64,000 nucleotides of DNA, taken from NCBI GenBank assembly GCA_943373125.1, contig CALSBG010000007.1:15705-79704 (forward strand), in the 5' to 3' direction. Shown here piece after piece: positions 30,508 to 40,367 of this stretch. Origin of the DNA: Synechococcus sp. UW140 (GTDB lineage: Bacteria > Cyanobacteriota > Cyanobacteriia > PCC-6307 > Cyanobiaceae). A program made the translations under genes and the position numbers. Below the pieces are notes generated by a model. It was not told the origin of the DNA, did not search any database, and was given only the letters and a program-made list of their open reading frames with translations. How positions within the stretch are numbered: position 1 is the first letter of the stretch; the number at the start of each line of letters is the position of its first letter.

Positions 30508-31394
30508 AGCCTCCCCACCACCAGCGCCAGCAGCAGCAGGCCGCCCAGCAGCACCTGCCGGCTGAAATGGCGGCCAAAGCTAGAGCGGGGCAGATCGGTG
30601 CGCCCCAGCCCAAGGGCTTCCCGGTGCATCCCAACGGCGGCCAGCAGCCAAAGGGGCCAGAATGACCAGCCCACCCCCGCTTGGCCCGCGGCCCCTGCAA
30701 GGGCCAGGGCTGTCAATCCATAGCAAACGGTCACCGTGAAGGGGGCCCGCCCCCCCAGGCTCAAGGCACTGCTCCGCACCCCGATTCCCCGGTCGTCATC
30801 GCGGTCGGCCATGGCGTAAACCGTGTCAAAGCCGAAGGTCCAGAGCACGGCAGCCAGCCAGGTGAGCCCCAGGGGCCAGCCGCCAGAGAGGTTGCCGGTA
30901 GCGGCGGCCCAGGGAATCAATACCGCAAAGCCCCAGCACAGGGCCAGCACCAATTGGGGGTAATCGAACCAGCGCTTGGCACTGGGATAAAGCAGCACCG
31001 GCGGTAGGGCGGCGATGGCGAGGCCCAGGCAGCTCAGGCGATGGGCTACGGGCAGGGCAAGCACCACGGCCAGAGCCACGGCCAGGGCCACCAGCAGCAA
31101 CAGCAGGGCTTCAAGGCTGTCCACCCGCCCATCAGCTAGGGGCCTGGTTTTGGTGCGCTCCACCAAGGAATCGATGCGCCGATCCCAGAGGTCGTTAGCG
31201 ATGCAGCCGGCCCCGCTAACGGCGAGGCCCCCCACCACGATCAACAGCACCAGGCCTGGGGAGGGCCTCCCCCCGGGCACCAGCCAGAGGCTCCAACCAG
31301 CCGGAATCAGCAGGATGAGGCGCCCACTGGGTTTGTGCCAGCGCAACAACTCGAGCCAGTTCGCCAGACGGGCGGTGATGCGGGGAACGGCCAC
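30504..31394 (-). CDS. ubiA: 4-hydroxybenzoate polyprenyl (solanesyl) transferase
   Basis: LLRWHKP, NDLWDRRIDSLVERTKTRPLA, YPSAKR, DTVYAMADRDDD. Confidence 0.92.
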   Translation of the reverse strand: MAVPRITARLANWLELLRWHKPSGRLILLIPAGWSLWLVPGGRPSPGLVLLIVVGGLAVSGAGCIANDLWDRRIDSLVERTKTRPLADGRVDSLEALLLLLVALAVALAVVLALPVAHRLSCLGLAIAALPPVLLYPSAKRWFDYPQLVLALCWGFAVLIPWAAATGNLSGGWPLGLTWLAAVLWTFGFDTVYAMADRDDDRGIGVRSSALSLGGRAPFTVTVCYGLTALALAGAAGQAGVGWSFWPLWLLAAVGMHREALGLGRTDLPRSSFGRHFSRQVLLGGLLLLALVVGRL

Positions 31395-31452
31395 GCTCGG
31401 AGCAGACCTGCTTTGGCCGGCACCCTAGGTCTGCTGCGGGATTCTCCTGCGG

Positions 31453-33135
31453 ATGTCAAAGTGGCGCCGCCCAGCCCCAGGCTGCCCGATGGTTCAGGCC
31501 CCGCCCTCCCAACAGCCTGGCCAGGCCTTGGGTCGTCGCCGTGTCGCTGCAATCGATATCGGCACCAATTCCATTCACCTGTTGGTGGCGGAGGTGGATC
31601 CTGAGCTGCGCAGTTTCTCGGTGCTGGTGGCCGAAAAAGCCACCACACGCCTGGGGGAGAGGGATCCAGAGACCGGTGACTTGAGTTTCGATGCCATTGA
31701 GCGGGCGTTTCGGACCCTCAGGCAGGACCGGGACCTGGCGCTCAGCCACGGGGTTGAGCAGATCGTGACCGCTGCCACCAGCGCGGTGAGAGAGGCGCCC
31801 AACGGGGGCGATTTCTTGGTGGCCCTGCAGGACCAGTTAGGCCTCGAAGTGGAGTTGGTGAGCGGTCCGGAGGAGGCCCGCCTGATCTATCTGGGCGTGC
31901 TTTCGGGGATGACCTTTGGCGATCAGCCCCACCTGATCCTGGATATCGGTGGAGGCTCCACCGAGCTGGTGCTTGCTGATGGCCGCGATGCCCGCTCCCT
32001 CACCAGTACCCGCATTGGGGCGGTGCGGCTGCAGCGGGAATTTTGCCGGCAGGACCCGTTGCCGCCTGATCAGCACTCCTTCCTGAAGGCCTACATCCAA
32101 GGGGCCCTGGATCCGGCGGTAGCCCAGACCAGGGCCGCTCTCCAGCCGGCTGAAAAACCCCTGCTCGTGGCCACCAGCGGCACCGCCATGGCCCTGGCCG
32201 CCTTGGCGGCAGCTGAGGACGGCCGTCCTCCCTTGAAATTGCAGGGATATCGCCTCAGCAAGGCCCGCATCGATCAGCAGATTGCCCGCCTGTTGGCGAT
32301 GTCAGTTGAGCAACGCAAAACCCTGACCGCCATCAATGAGCGGCGCGCCGAAATCATCGTGCCCGGGGCCCTGATTCTGCAGACCGCCATGGAGATGCTC
32401 CAGGTGAAGGAGCTGGTGGTCTGCGATCGGGCCCTGAGGGAGGGTTTGATCGTGGATTGGATGCTGCGCAATCACCTCCTGGGTGATCGCTTCTCGTTTC
32501 AGAGCACCATTCGCCAGCGCACGGTCATGCATCTGGCCCAGAGCTTTGGTGTCGACCGCAGCCGGGCGGATCGGGTGGCCGGCTTCGCCCTCAGCCTCTA
32601 CGACCAGACCCGGGGCCTCATCCATAGCGATGACGGCCTGGGCCGGGAACTGCTCTGGGCGGCAGCCCAACTGCATACCTGTGGCAAGAGCATCAATATT
32701 GCGGCTTACCACAAACACACCTGGTATTTGATTCGCCATGGGGAGTTGTTGGGCTATTCCCAAGCCGAACATTTGATGGTGGCGGCCATTGCGCGCTATC
32801 ACCGTCGCAGCTTGCCCAAAAAGCGCCACGAGTCTTGGCAGCTGATTCTTGACCGGCAACAGCGCAGCACCGTGGCTTCCATGGCCTTGCTGTTGCGTCT
32901 GGCGGCCTCCCTCGATCGACGGCCAGCGTCGGTGATCGGCAGTATCAAGGTGGTGCCCCTGGGGGAAGGAGCCGCAAAACAGGCTCCATCGGAGCTGAAG
33001 ATTTCCCTCGAGCCCGTGGATCCGCCATCAGGGGATCAGCCAACCGATCTCAGCCTGGAGCGTTGGAGCCTTGCAGCTTGCCAGGACGGGGTTCTAGAGG
33101 CCTGCGGGCTGTCCCTGAAGGTGCTGGAGCCTTAG
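31453..33135 (+). CDS. ppx: Ppx/GppA exopolyphosphatase
   Basis: AAIDIGTNSIH, ATSAVREA, SGPEEARLIY, DIGGGSTE, ALREG; HD-like LHTCG. Confidence 0.95.
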   Translation: MSKWRRPAPGCPMVQAPPSQQPGQALGRRRVAAIDIGTNSIHLLVAEVDPELRSFSVLVAEKATTRLGERDPETGDLSFDAIERAFRTLRQDRDLALSHGVEQIVTAATSAVREAPNGGDFLVALQDQLGLEVELVSGPEEARLIYLGVLSGMTFGDQPHLILDIGGGSTELVLADGRDARSLTSTRIGAVRLQREFCRQDPLPPDQHSFLKAYIQGALDPAVAQTRAALQPAEKPLLVATSGTAMALAALAAAEDGRPPLKLQGYRLSKARIDQQIARLLAMSVEQRKTLTAINERRAEIIVPGALILQTAMEMLQVKELVVCDRALREGLIVDWMLRNHLLGDRFSFQSTIRQRTVMHLAQSFGVDRSRADRVAGFALSLYDQTRGLIHSDDGLGRELLWAAAQLHTCGKSINIAAYHKHTWYLIRHGELLGYSQAEHLMVAAIARYHRRSLPKKRHESWQLILDRQQRSTVASMALLLRLAASLDRRPASVIGSIKVVPLGEGAAKQAPSELKISLEPVDPPSGDQPTDLSLERWSLAACQDGVLEACGLSLKVLEP

Positions 33136-33940
33136 GCGCTGCAAAGGTTTGCCATTTCACCTCGGAAATGGGGCCCAAGGGCCGCTCCGCCTTGGCCCCA
33201 ACCTGAACGCGAACGAGATCCGGCCGGCCGGCGAGCACCCTCAAGCCTTCGTTGAGGGAAAACCCTTTCCGGCCCTTGAAATCTCCGCGAAAGAGTTGTT
33301 TCCCCTTCAGGGTTTTCACCTCAAGCCAGGTGTGATTGCCGCTGCTGAGGGTGAGGCTGGCGGCACCAGTCTGGGCAAGGGAAGGGGCTTGGTCTTTGGC
33401 TGCAGCTTGCGCTTGTTTGGTCTGGATTGGCTTGGTGAGTACCGGCTTGGCCTGGATGGCTTGTTGCTGCCGCCCTTGCCATTGCTGCCAAAGGGCAAAG
33501 CTTCCTGCTGCCACGCCGCTGGCCAGGGCCAGGCTGGCAAGCAACGGGACCATGCCGTTACCGCTGGGGGCCCGGTTTGCTTGGGGGACGCGAGGTGCCT
33601 CGATCTCCGCATTGAGCTTCAGGTTTTGAAGCTCAATCGGCCTGGTGTTCAAGCTGCCACTTTGGCGTAGGACCTGGATTTCAGCATCGATCGTGACCCC
33701 CAGGCTTTGGGCGATCCGACGGGCCTGGGCAATCACGAAAACCTGCTCCGGCAGCCGGTCGAGGTCCCCTGATTCCAGGGCCTCGAGTTGCTCAATCCCC
33801 ATGTTCAGCCGCTTGGCCAGTGCGGCGACGCTTAGGCCTGCAGCCAGCCGGGCTTGGGCGATCGCTGAGGCCAAGGCCATCAGCTCGGGGGGGGAGGGGT
33901 TGGTGCCGGGGGAGGAAGGCAAAACGGTGGATTGCACCAA
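33050..33940 (-). CDS. HTH/RodZ-like membrane-anchored protein (DUF4115-like C-terminus)
   Basis: N-terminal HTH (AQARLAAGLSVAALAKRLNMGIEQLEALESGD), one TM, C-terminal WLEVK...LFRG...AGRPDLV. Confidence 0.8.
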   Translation of the reverse strand: MVQSTVLPSSPGTNPSPPELMALASAIAQARLAAGLSVAALAKRLNMGIEQLEALESGDLDRLPEQVFVIAQARRIAQSLGVTIDAEIQVLRQSGSLNTRPIELQNLKLNAEIEAPRVPQANRAPSGNGMVPLLASLALASGVAAGSFALWQQWQGRQQQAIQAKPVLTKPIQTKQAQAAAKDQAPSLAQTGAASLTLSSGNHTWLEVKTLKGKQLFRGDFKGRKGFSLNEGLRVLAGRPDLVRVQVGAKAERPLGPISEVKWQTFAAPKAPAPSGTARRPLEPRPGKLQGSNAPG

Positions 33941-34104
33941 AAGGTTTTGTGTTGCGCCAATTGTGGGACAGGTTTATGTTTTTTTAAAGGTATTGGCCAG
34001 ATTGACCAGGCGTCGACCCAGGGATTAGCCATCGGAGCCTTGGGGAAGAGCCTTTGCCGCCCAGTTGATCCCGGCCAAAAAGCAGGATTGGATCCTGTCT
34101 GAAA

Positions 34105-34176
<72 letters not shown>

Positions 34177-34284
34177 GCACCTGTTGAGCTTAAAACACCA
34201 CCGGTGAGGGTCCTGGCCCGGCTCCTCCATCAGGGGGGGCCACCATCAGCGAGCCCTCCATCAGCCACCATGGGTCATGCGTCC

Positions 34285-35730
34285 ATGTGTTGTGTGACCG
34301 ACACCCCAGCCGAGCAAGCATCCCCAGCCCAGGGTCCAAGGGATGCCTGGGCCGATGGCGAGAGCGTGGATGTGTTGATTGTTGGGGGCGGTGTCTGCGG
34401 GACCGCCCTGTTGTTCGAGCTGGCCCGGTACACCGATCTAGCTCGGATCGCTTTGGTAGAGCGCTACGACCAGTTGGCCCAGGTGAATTCCAAGGCCACC
34501 AACAACAGCCAAACCATCCACTGCGGCGATATCGAGACCAACTACACCCTTGAAAAGGCGGTGCGGGTGAAGCGCACCGCCGAGATGATCGTCCACTACG
34601 CCGATTTGCTGGATCCTGCAACGCGGGAGCGCTGCGTATTTCGGACCCCGAAGATGGTTCTGGGGGTTGGGCAGCAGGAATGCCAGTTTCTGCGCCAGAG
34701 ATTTGAGCAGTTTTCCCCCCATTTCCCGGCGATGGAGCTCCTCGAGAAGGAGACGATTGCCGAATGGGAGCCCCAGGTGGCCTTTGTCAATGGCAGTTTA
34801 CGTTCCGATGAACTGGTGGCCATTGGGATTCGACGCACCTACACCGCAGTTGATTACGAGGCTTTAGCGAGATCATTTGTGGCCCAGGCTGGGGCTGCGG
34901 TGGCCGGTACCGGGCGCCAGTTGACGATCCAGATGGGCGCCAAGGTCACCACCATTACCCCTGACGGGGATGGTTACCAGGTGGTGATAGCCCCGACGGC
35001 GGGCGGACCCAGCCGCCAGCTCTTTGCCCGCCATGTGGTGGTGAATGCGGGCGCCCACAGCCTGCTGATGGCCCAGGAGATGGGCTTTGGGCTCGAGTAC
35101 TCCTGCCTGCCGGTGGCGGGCAGCTTTTATTTCACCCCTGACTTGCTCAAGGGCAAGGTCTACACCGTCCAAAACGACAAATTGCCCTTCGCCGCCATCC
35201 ATGGCGATCCCGACGTGCGGGCCCCAGGCAAGACCCGCTTTGGTCCAACGGCCCTGCTGTTGCCGTTGCTTGAGCGGTATAAACCCGAGTCCTTTTGGGA
35301 ATTCTTGAAGGTCCTGCGGCTCGACTGGTCGGTGTTGGCTGTGTTTTGGCAGCTGTTTCGGATTGCCGATATCCGTAACTACATCTTCAAAAACTTGCTG
35401 TTTGAGGTGCCTTGGCTGCGCCGCTATCTCTTTTTGGCCGATGCCCGCAAGATCGTGCCCGCCATGACCCTGGCCGATCTCAGCTTTGCCGAGGGCTACG
35501 GAGGGGTGCGGCCCCAGCTGATCAACAAGCGGGAGCGCAAGTTGATGCTTGGGGAAGCCAGCATTCGCCCCTTGCCGGGGCTGGTGTTCAACGTGACTCC
35601 ATCCCCGGGTGGAACCTGCTGCCTAGGTAATGCCGCCCTGGATGTGGCCGCCATTGCCGAGCGATTGGGCTGCCAATTTGATCGGGCGCGTCTGGAACAG
35701 GAGCTCTACGGGGACCCCCAGGCGGAGTAA
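34285..35730 (+). CDS. mqo: FAD-dependent oxidoreductase, malate:quinone oxidoreductase-like
   Basis: DVLIVGGGVCG, NNSQTIHCGDIETNY, VYTVQNDKLPFAAIHGD, FGPTA, TPSPGGT. Start approximate. Confidence 0.8.
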   Translation: MCCVTDTPAEQASPAQGPRDAWADGESVDVLIVGGGVCGTALLFELARYTDLARIALVERYDQLAQVNSKATNNSQTIHCGDIETNYTLEKAVRVKRTAEMIVHYADLLDPATRERCVFRTPKMVLGVGQQECQFLRQRFEQFSPHFPAMELLEKETIAEWEPQVAFVNGSLRSDELVAIGIRRTYTAVDYEALARSFVAQAGAAVAGTGRQLTIQMGAKVTTITPDGDGYQVVIAPTAGGPSRQLFARHVVVNAGAHSLLMAQEMGFGLEYSCLPVAGSFYFTPDLLKGKVYTVQNDKLPFAAIHGDPDVRAPGKTRFGPTALLLPLLERYKPESFWEFLKVLRLDWSVLAVFWQLFRIADIRNYIFKNLLFEVPWLRRYLFLADARKIVPAMTLADLSFAEGYGGVRPQLINKRERKLMLGEASIRPLPGLVFNVTPSPGGTCCLGNAALDVAAIAERLGCQFDRARLEQELYGDPQAE

Positions 35731-35761
35731 GGGGCCTCGATCCCGGTGACTTGATCTTGAT

Positions 35762-36583
35762 CTAGATGCCGCCGCGAAACAGGTGGTTGTGGCTGGCGGA
35801 GTACAGCTTTGAGCGGGCCTCCATCGGGGCCGCTAAGGCCGGACTCACGATGTAGAGAGTGGTGCGGATTAAATCGCGCTCGCGACTCGCCTGGGCCATC
35901 TCCTTGAGGGGCACCACCGCGAGCCATTGATCGGGCCAGCTGACCCGATAGCCAATCGCTACAGGGGTTTCCGGGGGATAGTGCACGAGCAGTTCGGCCT
36001 GGACCTCCTCCACGTGCCTGGCGCTGAGGTAGAGGCAGAGGGAAGCCTTCAGGGCGGCCAACTTGGCGAGGGATTCGGTTTCCGGCACCCCGGTACGGCC
36101 ACCGGCCCGGCTCAGCACGATGGTTTGCACCAGCCCAGGGATGGTCAGTTCGCTCTGGAGGGCCGAAGCGGTGGCCTGATAGGCGCTGAGCCCTGGAACC
36201 ACCTCCACACCGAGGCCAGCATCGGCAAGACGACAGATCTGCTCAGCCGTGGCGCCATAGAGGCAGGGGTCGCCGTCATGGAGGCGCACCACCGTTTTGC
36301 CTGCCCCAGCCCGTTCCACGATCACGGCCATCACCTCTTCCAGGGTGAGGGTGCTGGTGCGGATGCATTCGCAGGTCGCTGGGGCGAGGGCCGCAATTTG
36401 CGGATTGATCAAGGAGTCGGTCCAAACCAGCACATCCGCCTGCTCGATCGCCTTGGCCGCCCGCAGGGTAAGCAGATCAGGGGCGCCAGGGCCGGCGCCC
36501 ACGATCCAAACGGTGGCGGGGCCGCCTTCGGAGAGGGGGCCCGGGTTAGGGATGGGCGCCTGGTTAGTGAGGTTGGAAGACAT
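35762..36583 (-). CDS. cobM: Precorrin-4 C11-methyltransferase
   Basis: VGAGPGAPDLLT, VRLHDGDPCLYGA, VPGLSA, ELTIPGLVQTIVL, YSASHNHLFR. Confidence 0.94.
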   Translation of the reverse strand: MSSNLTNQAPIPNPGPLSEGGPATVWIVGAGPGAPDLLTLRAAKAIEQADVLVWTDSLINPQIAALAPATCECIRTSTLTLEEVMAVIVERAGAGKTVVRLHDGDPCLYGATAEQICRLADAGLGVEVVPGLSAYQATASALQSELTIPGLVQTIVLSRAGGRTGVPETESLAKLAALKASLCLYLSARHVEEVQAELLVHYPPETPVAIGYRVSWPDQWLAVVPLKEMAQASRERDLIRTTLYIVSPALAAPMEARSKLYSASHNHLFRGGI

Positions 36584-36642
36584 GGTCAAGCTGGGGGTTG
36601 GGCCCATGGCGGCGACGGTGAATGGTGTAGGGGAACAACCGC

Positions 36643-37500
36643 TTAGGTCGACAGTCCACTGGGATCGGGCAGGGCGCGCCGACGGCCATAGAGCCACCCC
36701 AGGCCCAGCCCCCCCAGGACGATCAACACCAGGCTCACCAGCTGGGCCATGCGTAGCCCTCCGCTGCAAAAGGGGGCGGCGGAGAATAGGCACAGAGGGT
36801 CAATCCGCAGGCCCTCGATCCAAACCCTGCCGGTGCTGTAGGCCATCAAATAGACGCAGCTCAGGGCCCCTGGCAGCAGCTGAATCCGGCCGCGGCTGGC
36901 AGCGCGAAACAGAAGCAGCAACAGGATGCAGACCCCGAGATTCCAAACGGATTCGTAGAGGAAGGTGGGATGGAAGCCGGTTTGATCCAGAAATGGGCTG
37001 GGCCGATTGGCGAAGGGAATGGTGAGCTTCCAGGGCAAATCGGTGGGGACACCAAAGGCCTCGGAATTGAAGAAGTTGCCCCAGCGTCCAATCGCCTGTC
37101 CCAAGGCCACGGCAGGCATTAAGACATCCAGCAGGGGCCAGAAAGCCAGTTTCCGCCGGCGGCAGTAAAGCACCGTGGCGAGGCTGCCGCCCAGGAGCGC
37201 CCCATGGATGGCAATCCCGCCATGCCAGATAGCGAGGGCTTCTGGCCAATTGCCCTCGTATTGGCGCCATTCAAGGGCTACGTAATAGGCTCTGGCCCCA
37301 ACCACGGCCCCGAGCACCAGGACGGGCAGCAGGTCGGCAATGAGCCCGGGCGCAATCCCGCGAGCCCTGCCGAGTCGGGTGGCCAGGGCCAGGCCACACA
37401 GGACGGCCAGGGCTATGAGCAGGCCATACCAGCGCAAAGCAAAGGGGCCAAGCTGGAATACCAGGGGCCCCGGAGAAGCAAAGGCGAGGACCGGACTCAA
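36643..37500 (-). CDS. lgt: Prolipoprotein diacylglyceryl transferase
   Basis: [44 protein letters not shown]. Confidence 0.96.
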   Translation of the reverse strand: MSPVLAFASPGPLVFQLGPFALRWYGLLIALAVLCGLALATRLGRARGIAPGLIADLLPVLVLGAVVGARAYYVALEWRQYEGNWPEALAIWHGGIAIHGALLGGSLATVLYCRRRKLAFWPLLDVLMPAVALGQAIGRWGNFFNSEAFGVPTDLPWKLTIPFANRPSPFLDQTGFHPTFLYESVWNLGVCILLLLLFRAASRGRIQLLPGALSCVYLMAYSTGRVWIEGLRIDPLCLFSAAPFCSGGLRMAQLVSLVLIVLGGLGLGWLYGRRRALPDPSGLST

Positions 37501-38429
37501 ATGCCCTCGGCTGCTTGCACCTTCTCAACCTGGCGCTTCTTGAGCACCAGCATGATCTGGGCAAGGGCGATGGCGGCAAAGAAGGCCAGCAGACCATAAA
37601 TACGAACGGGGTTTTGCAACACGATCTCGGCGTCGAGTTGACCGAAGCCCCCCACGTTGGGATCGTTGGTGAGGGCAGCGCCGGCGGCGACGACATCACC
37701 AACGGCCACCATCACGGTGGGTCCAGCTGGCACGGTTTCGGTCACGGTGCTGCCGTCGTCAGCGGTGATTTCCAACACAGAGACACCGTTGTCACCTGGG
37801 GTGATGGCGCTCACCTTGCCAGCAGCCGGGGCGGTGAACGCACCGTTGTTGCTCTTCTCACCCGTGGGATAGACCTGGCCGCGGCCGCGGTTGCCCCCCA
37901 CATGGAGCTGGTATTTACCGAAATGGATCGAGGGATCGGTGCCCGGATCGGGAGAGAGAATCGGGAAAACGATTTCCTGGTGCTGATCGCCAGGAAGCGG
38001 ACCCACCAAGAGAATGTTGGGTTGATCGTCGGAGTACGGGGTGTAGTAGATGCCAGAAGTTTCTTCCTTCAGCTCATCGCTCAGACGGTCTTGGGGGGCC
38101 AGGGTGAAGCCGTCGGGAAGCATCACCACGGCCCCCACATTCAGGCCCGTGGGGCTGCCGTCACCGGAGACTTGCTGGATGGAGGTGTCGTAGGGAATCT
38201 CAACGACAGCCTTAAAGACCGTGTCGGGGAAGACCGCCTGGGGCACTTCCACGTGGGTTGCTTTCTTGGCTAGGTGACAGTTGGCGCAGACGAGCTTGCC
38301 CGTGGCTTCCCGGGGGCTGGCGTAGTTCTGTTGGGCCCAGAAGGGATAGGCCCAGCTTGGGGTGGCGCCGATCAGAAGAACAGCGAAGCCGAGCAGGGAA
38401 CCCAGCAGGAGAGAAAAGGGACGACGCAT
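37497..38429 (-). CDS. petA: Apocytochrome f
   Basis: [37 protein letters not shown]-terminal [12 protein letters not shown]. Confidence 0.98.
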   Translation of the reverse strand: MRRPFSLLLGSLLGFAVLLIGATPSWAYPFWAQQNYASPREATGKLVCANCHLAKKATHVEVPQAVFPDTVFKAVVEIPYDTSIQQVSGDGSPTGLNVGAVVMLPDGFTLAPQDRLSDELKEETSGIYYTPYSDDQPNILLVGPLPGDQHQEIVFPILSPDPGTDPSIHFGKYQLHVGGNRGRGQVYPTGEKSNNGAFTAPAAGKVSAITPGDNGVSVLEITADDGSTVTETVPAGPTVMVAVGDVVAAGAALTNDPNVGGFGQLDAEIVLQNPVRIYGLLAFFAAIALAQIMLVLKKRQVEKVQAAEGI

Positions 38430-38467
38430 CACGGTGAGCAGACTGCAGTGGGGAAGGGAGACAGTGA

Positions 38468-39016
38468 TCAGGCCCACCAGGGCTTGTCGCCGGTGCGGAA
38501 ATCGGTTTCGGTCCACTGGCTGAGGAACACGGTGTCGTTCTCGACTTCCACGTGGGCCAGGGCCAGGGAGAGGGGTGCTGGGCCCCGCACCACCTTGCCG
38601 GTGGCGTCGTACTGGGAGCCATGACAGGGGCACATGAACTTGTTGGCACCACTGTTCCAGGGCACCACACAGCCGAGGTGGGTGCAGATGGCGTTGATTC
38701 CGTAGCTGCCGATGGCGTCGGAGCCCTCCACAAGCAAATAGGTGGGATCACCTTTGAGGCCCTGCACCAGGCTGAGATCACCTTCTTTATGGGTTGTCAG
38801 CCAACCGGTGGCGGTGACGACATTGCCCAGCTCATCTCTGGCGGTCGTGCCGCCGCCGCCCCCGGCGGCCTTGGGGGGAATGAAGTAGTTCACCACCGGA
38901 TAGAGCGCGCCCAAGGCGACCCCTGTGACGGACCCGAAGGTCAGCAGGTTCATGAACTGGCGACGGCCCATCCCAGGCACATCACTGTTCGAAGCGCTCG
39001 CTGGCATCTGGGTCAT
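38468..39016 (-). CDS. petC: Cytochrome b6f Rieske iron-sulfur subunit
   Basis: [27 protein letters not shown]. Confidence 0.98.
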   Translation of the reverse strand: MTQMPASASNSDVPGMGRRQFMNLLTFGSVTGVALGALYPVVNYFIPPKAAGGGGGTTARDELGNVVTATGWLTTHKEGDLSLVQGLKGDPTYLLVEGSDAIGSYGINAICTHLGCVVPWNSGANKFMCPCHGSQYDATGKVVRGPAPLSLALAHVEVENDTVFLSQWTETDFRTGDKPWWA

Positions 39017-39143
39017 ACGGGGTGGCTTTGGAGCCACAGCAACGTGGCACCCATTATGAACCTTGGCTTTGCAGGGGCGAGGGCTGTCTTCTGCCCCTAG
39101 CCCCAGGGCTGAAACATGCTGTTGTGGAATTGACTCCCTAGCC

Positions 39144-39515
39144 GTGGCCATTGCCGGCCCCAAATTGCCCGACGAAGACGGCGAATCCATTCCAGGACAG
39201 GCGCTTTCGGCGGAAGAGCTGATTGCGATCCTGCGCCAACGCTGGCAGGCCACCTACGACCTGCAACTGGTGAAGCGCCAAGGCCGTTTTCACCTCCAGG
39301 TGATGTGGGCTTATCTGGAGCAGCAGTCGTTTCCCCTGGGACCTGAGGCCTATCGGCTCAAGCTCGAGGAGTTGGTGGGCTTGCTCAACGGCCTTGGGGT
39401 AGCCGCCCAGGTGCGCCAATGGCTCCTCGCCACCGCAGATAAACCCCGACTCGGCCGGGCCATGACCTTGGCCCTGGAGATCCCTCCCGAACGGGCCAGT
39501 GAGTTTTTGCTCTAG
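39144..39515 (+). CDS. DUF3067-like protein
   Basis: [35 protein letters not shown]; conserved neighbour of petC. Start approximate. Confidence 0.75.
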   Translation: MAIAGPKLPDEDGESIPGQALSAEELIAILRQRWQATYDLQLVKRQGRFHLQVMWAYLEQQSFPLGPEAYRLKLEELVGLLNGLGVAAQVRQWLLATADKPRLGRAMTLALEIPPERASEFLL

Positions 39516-39545
39516 TCCCCTGGCCTGGAGCTCGTTTGGGCTGGC

Positions 39546-40367
39546 CTAGGCGACTGGGGCGTTGCTGGGTTTGAGCCGTTCCACCAGGGCCACGAGGGCC
39601 ACTCCCAGCAAAAAGAGGGCTGTAATGGCACCTGAGAGCAGCAGCATGGTGACCGGATCGGTGGATGGCGTGAGAACGGCACCCGCGATGGCCGCAATCA
39701 CGACCACCCAGCGCCAGGCCGCCAACATGGTGTGGGCTTTGATCAGTCCAAGGGCTCCAAGCAGTAGCTGGAGCACCGGCAGTTGGAAGGCCAGGGCTGT
39801 GGCCACCATCAGCAGAAGGACAAAGTCGAGATAGCGCTCAATGGACCAGCTCGGTTCGACCACATCGGCGCCGTAGTTGACCAAAAATGCCAAGGCGGCG
39901 GGCACCAGCGCCCACCAGGCAAAGGCCAGCCCGGCGGCGAACAGCAGGGCCGAGCCGGCGACAGCCGGTGCCACCAGACGCCGTTCCCGGCGCGTCAGGC
40001 CGGGCAGCACGAAGGCCAGCACCTCGTAGAGCACGTAGGGCAGGGCCAGGGTGAGGCCGGCATAGCCAGCCACCTTGATCGAGACAAACAGGAACTCCCC
40101 AGGGGCCAGTTGCAGAAAACGGATGCCGTGGGCGGGCACCTCCAGCAGCTTGACCAGGGGTTTGACAAACACCAGGCATGCGGCGGCCCCAAGGACCACG
40201 GCCAGCAGGCTGCGCAGCACCCGGTTGCGCAATTCCTCCAGGTGATCCACCAGGGTCATGTCCACTTCCCCGGGGAAGTCGCTGCTGGGATCGGCGCCTT
40301 CCGGCTCGGGCATGGAAATCCGAATCGGAAGCGGTGGGGGCAGGGGTGGGGGCAGGGGCGTGGTCAT
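39546..40367 (-). CDS. tatC: Twin-arginine translocase subunit TatC
   Basis: MTLVDHLEELRNR, LAPGEFLF, FVLPGLTRRER, WSIERY, AFQLP, LTPSTDP. Confidence 0.96.
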   Translation of the reverse strand: MTTPLPPPLPPPLPIRISMPEPEGADPSSDFPGEVDMTLVDHLEELRNRVLRSLLAVVLGAAACLVFVKPLVKLLEVPAHGIRFLQLAPGEFLFVSIKVAGYAGLTLALPYVLYEVLAFVLPGLTRRERRLVAPAVAGSALLFAAGLAFAWWALVPAALAFLVNYGADVVEPSWSIERYLDFVLLLMVATALAFQLPVLQLLLGALGLIKAHTMLAAWRWVVVIAAIAGAVLTPSTDPVTMLLLSGAITALFLLGVALVALVERLKPSNAPVA

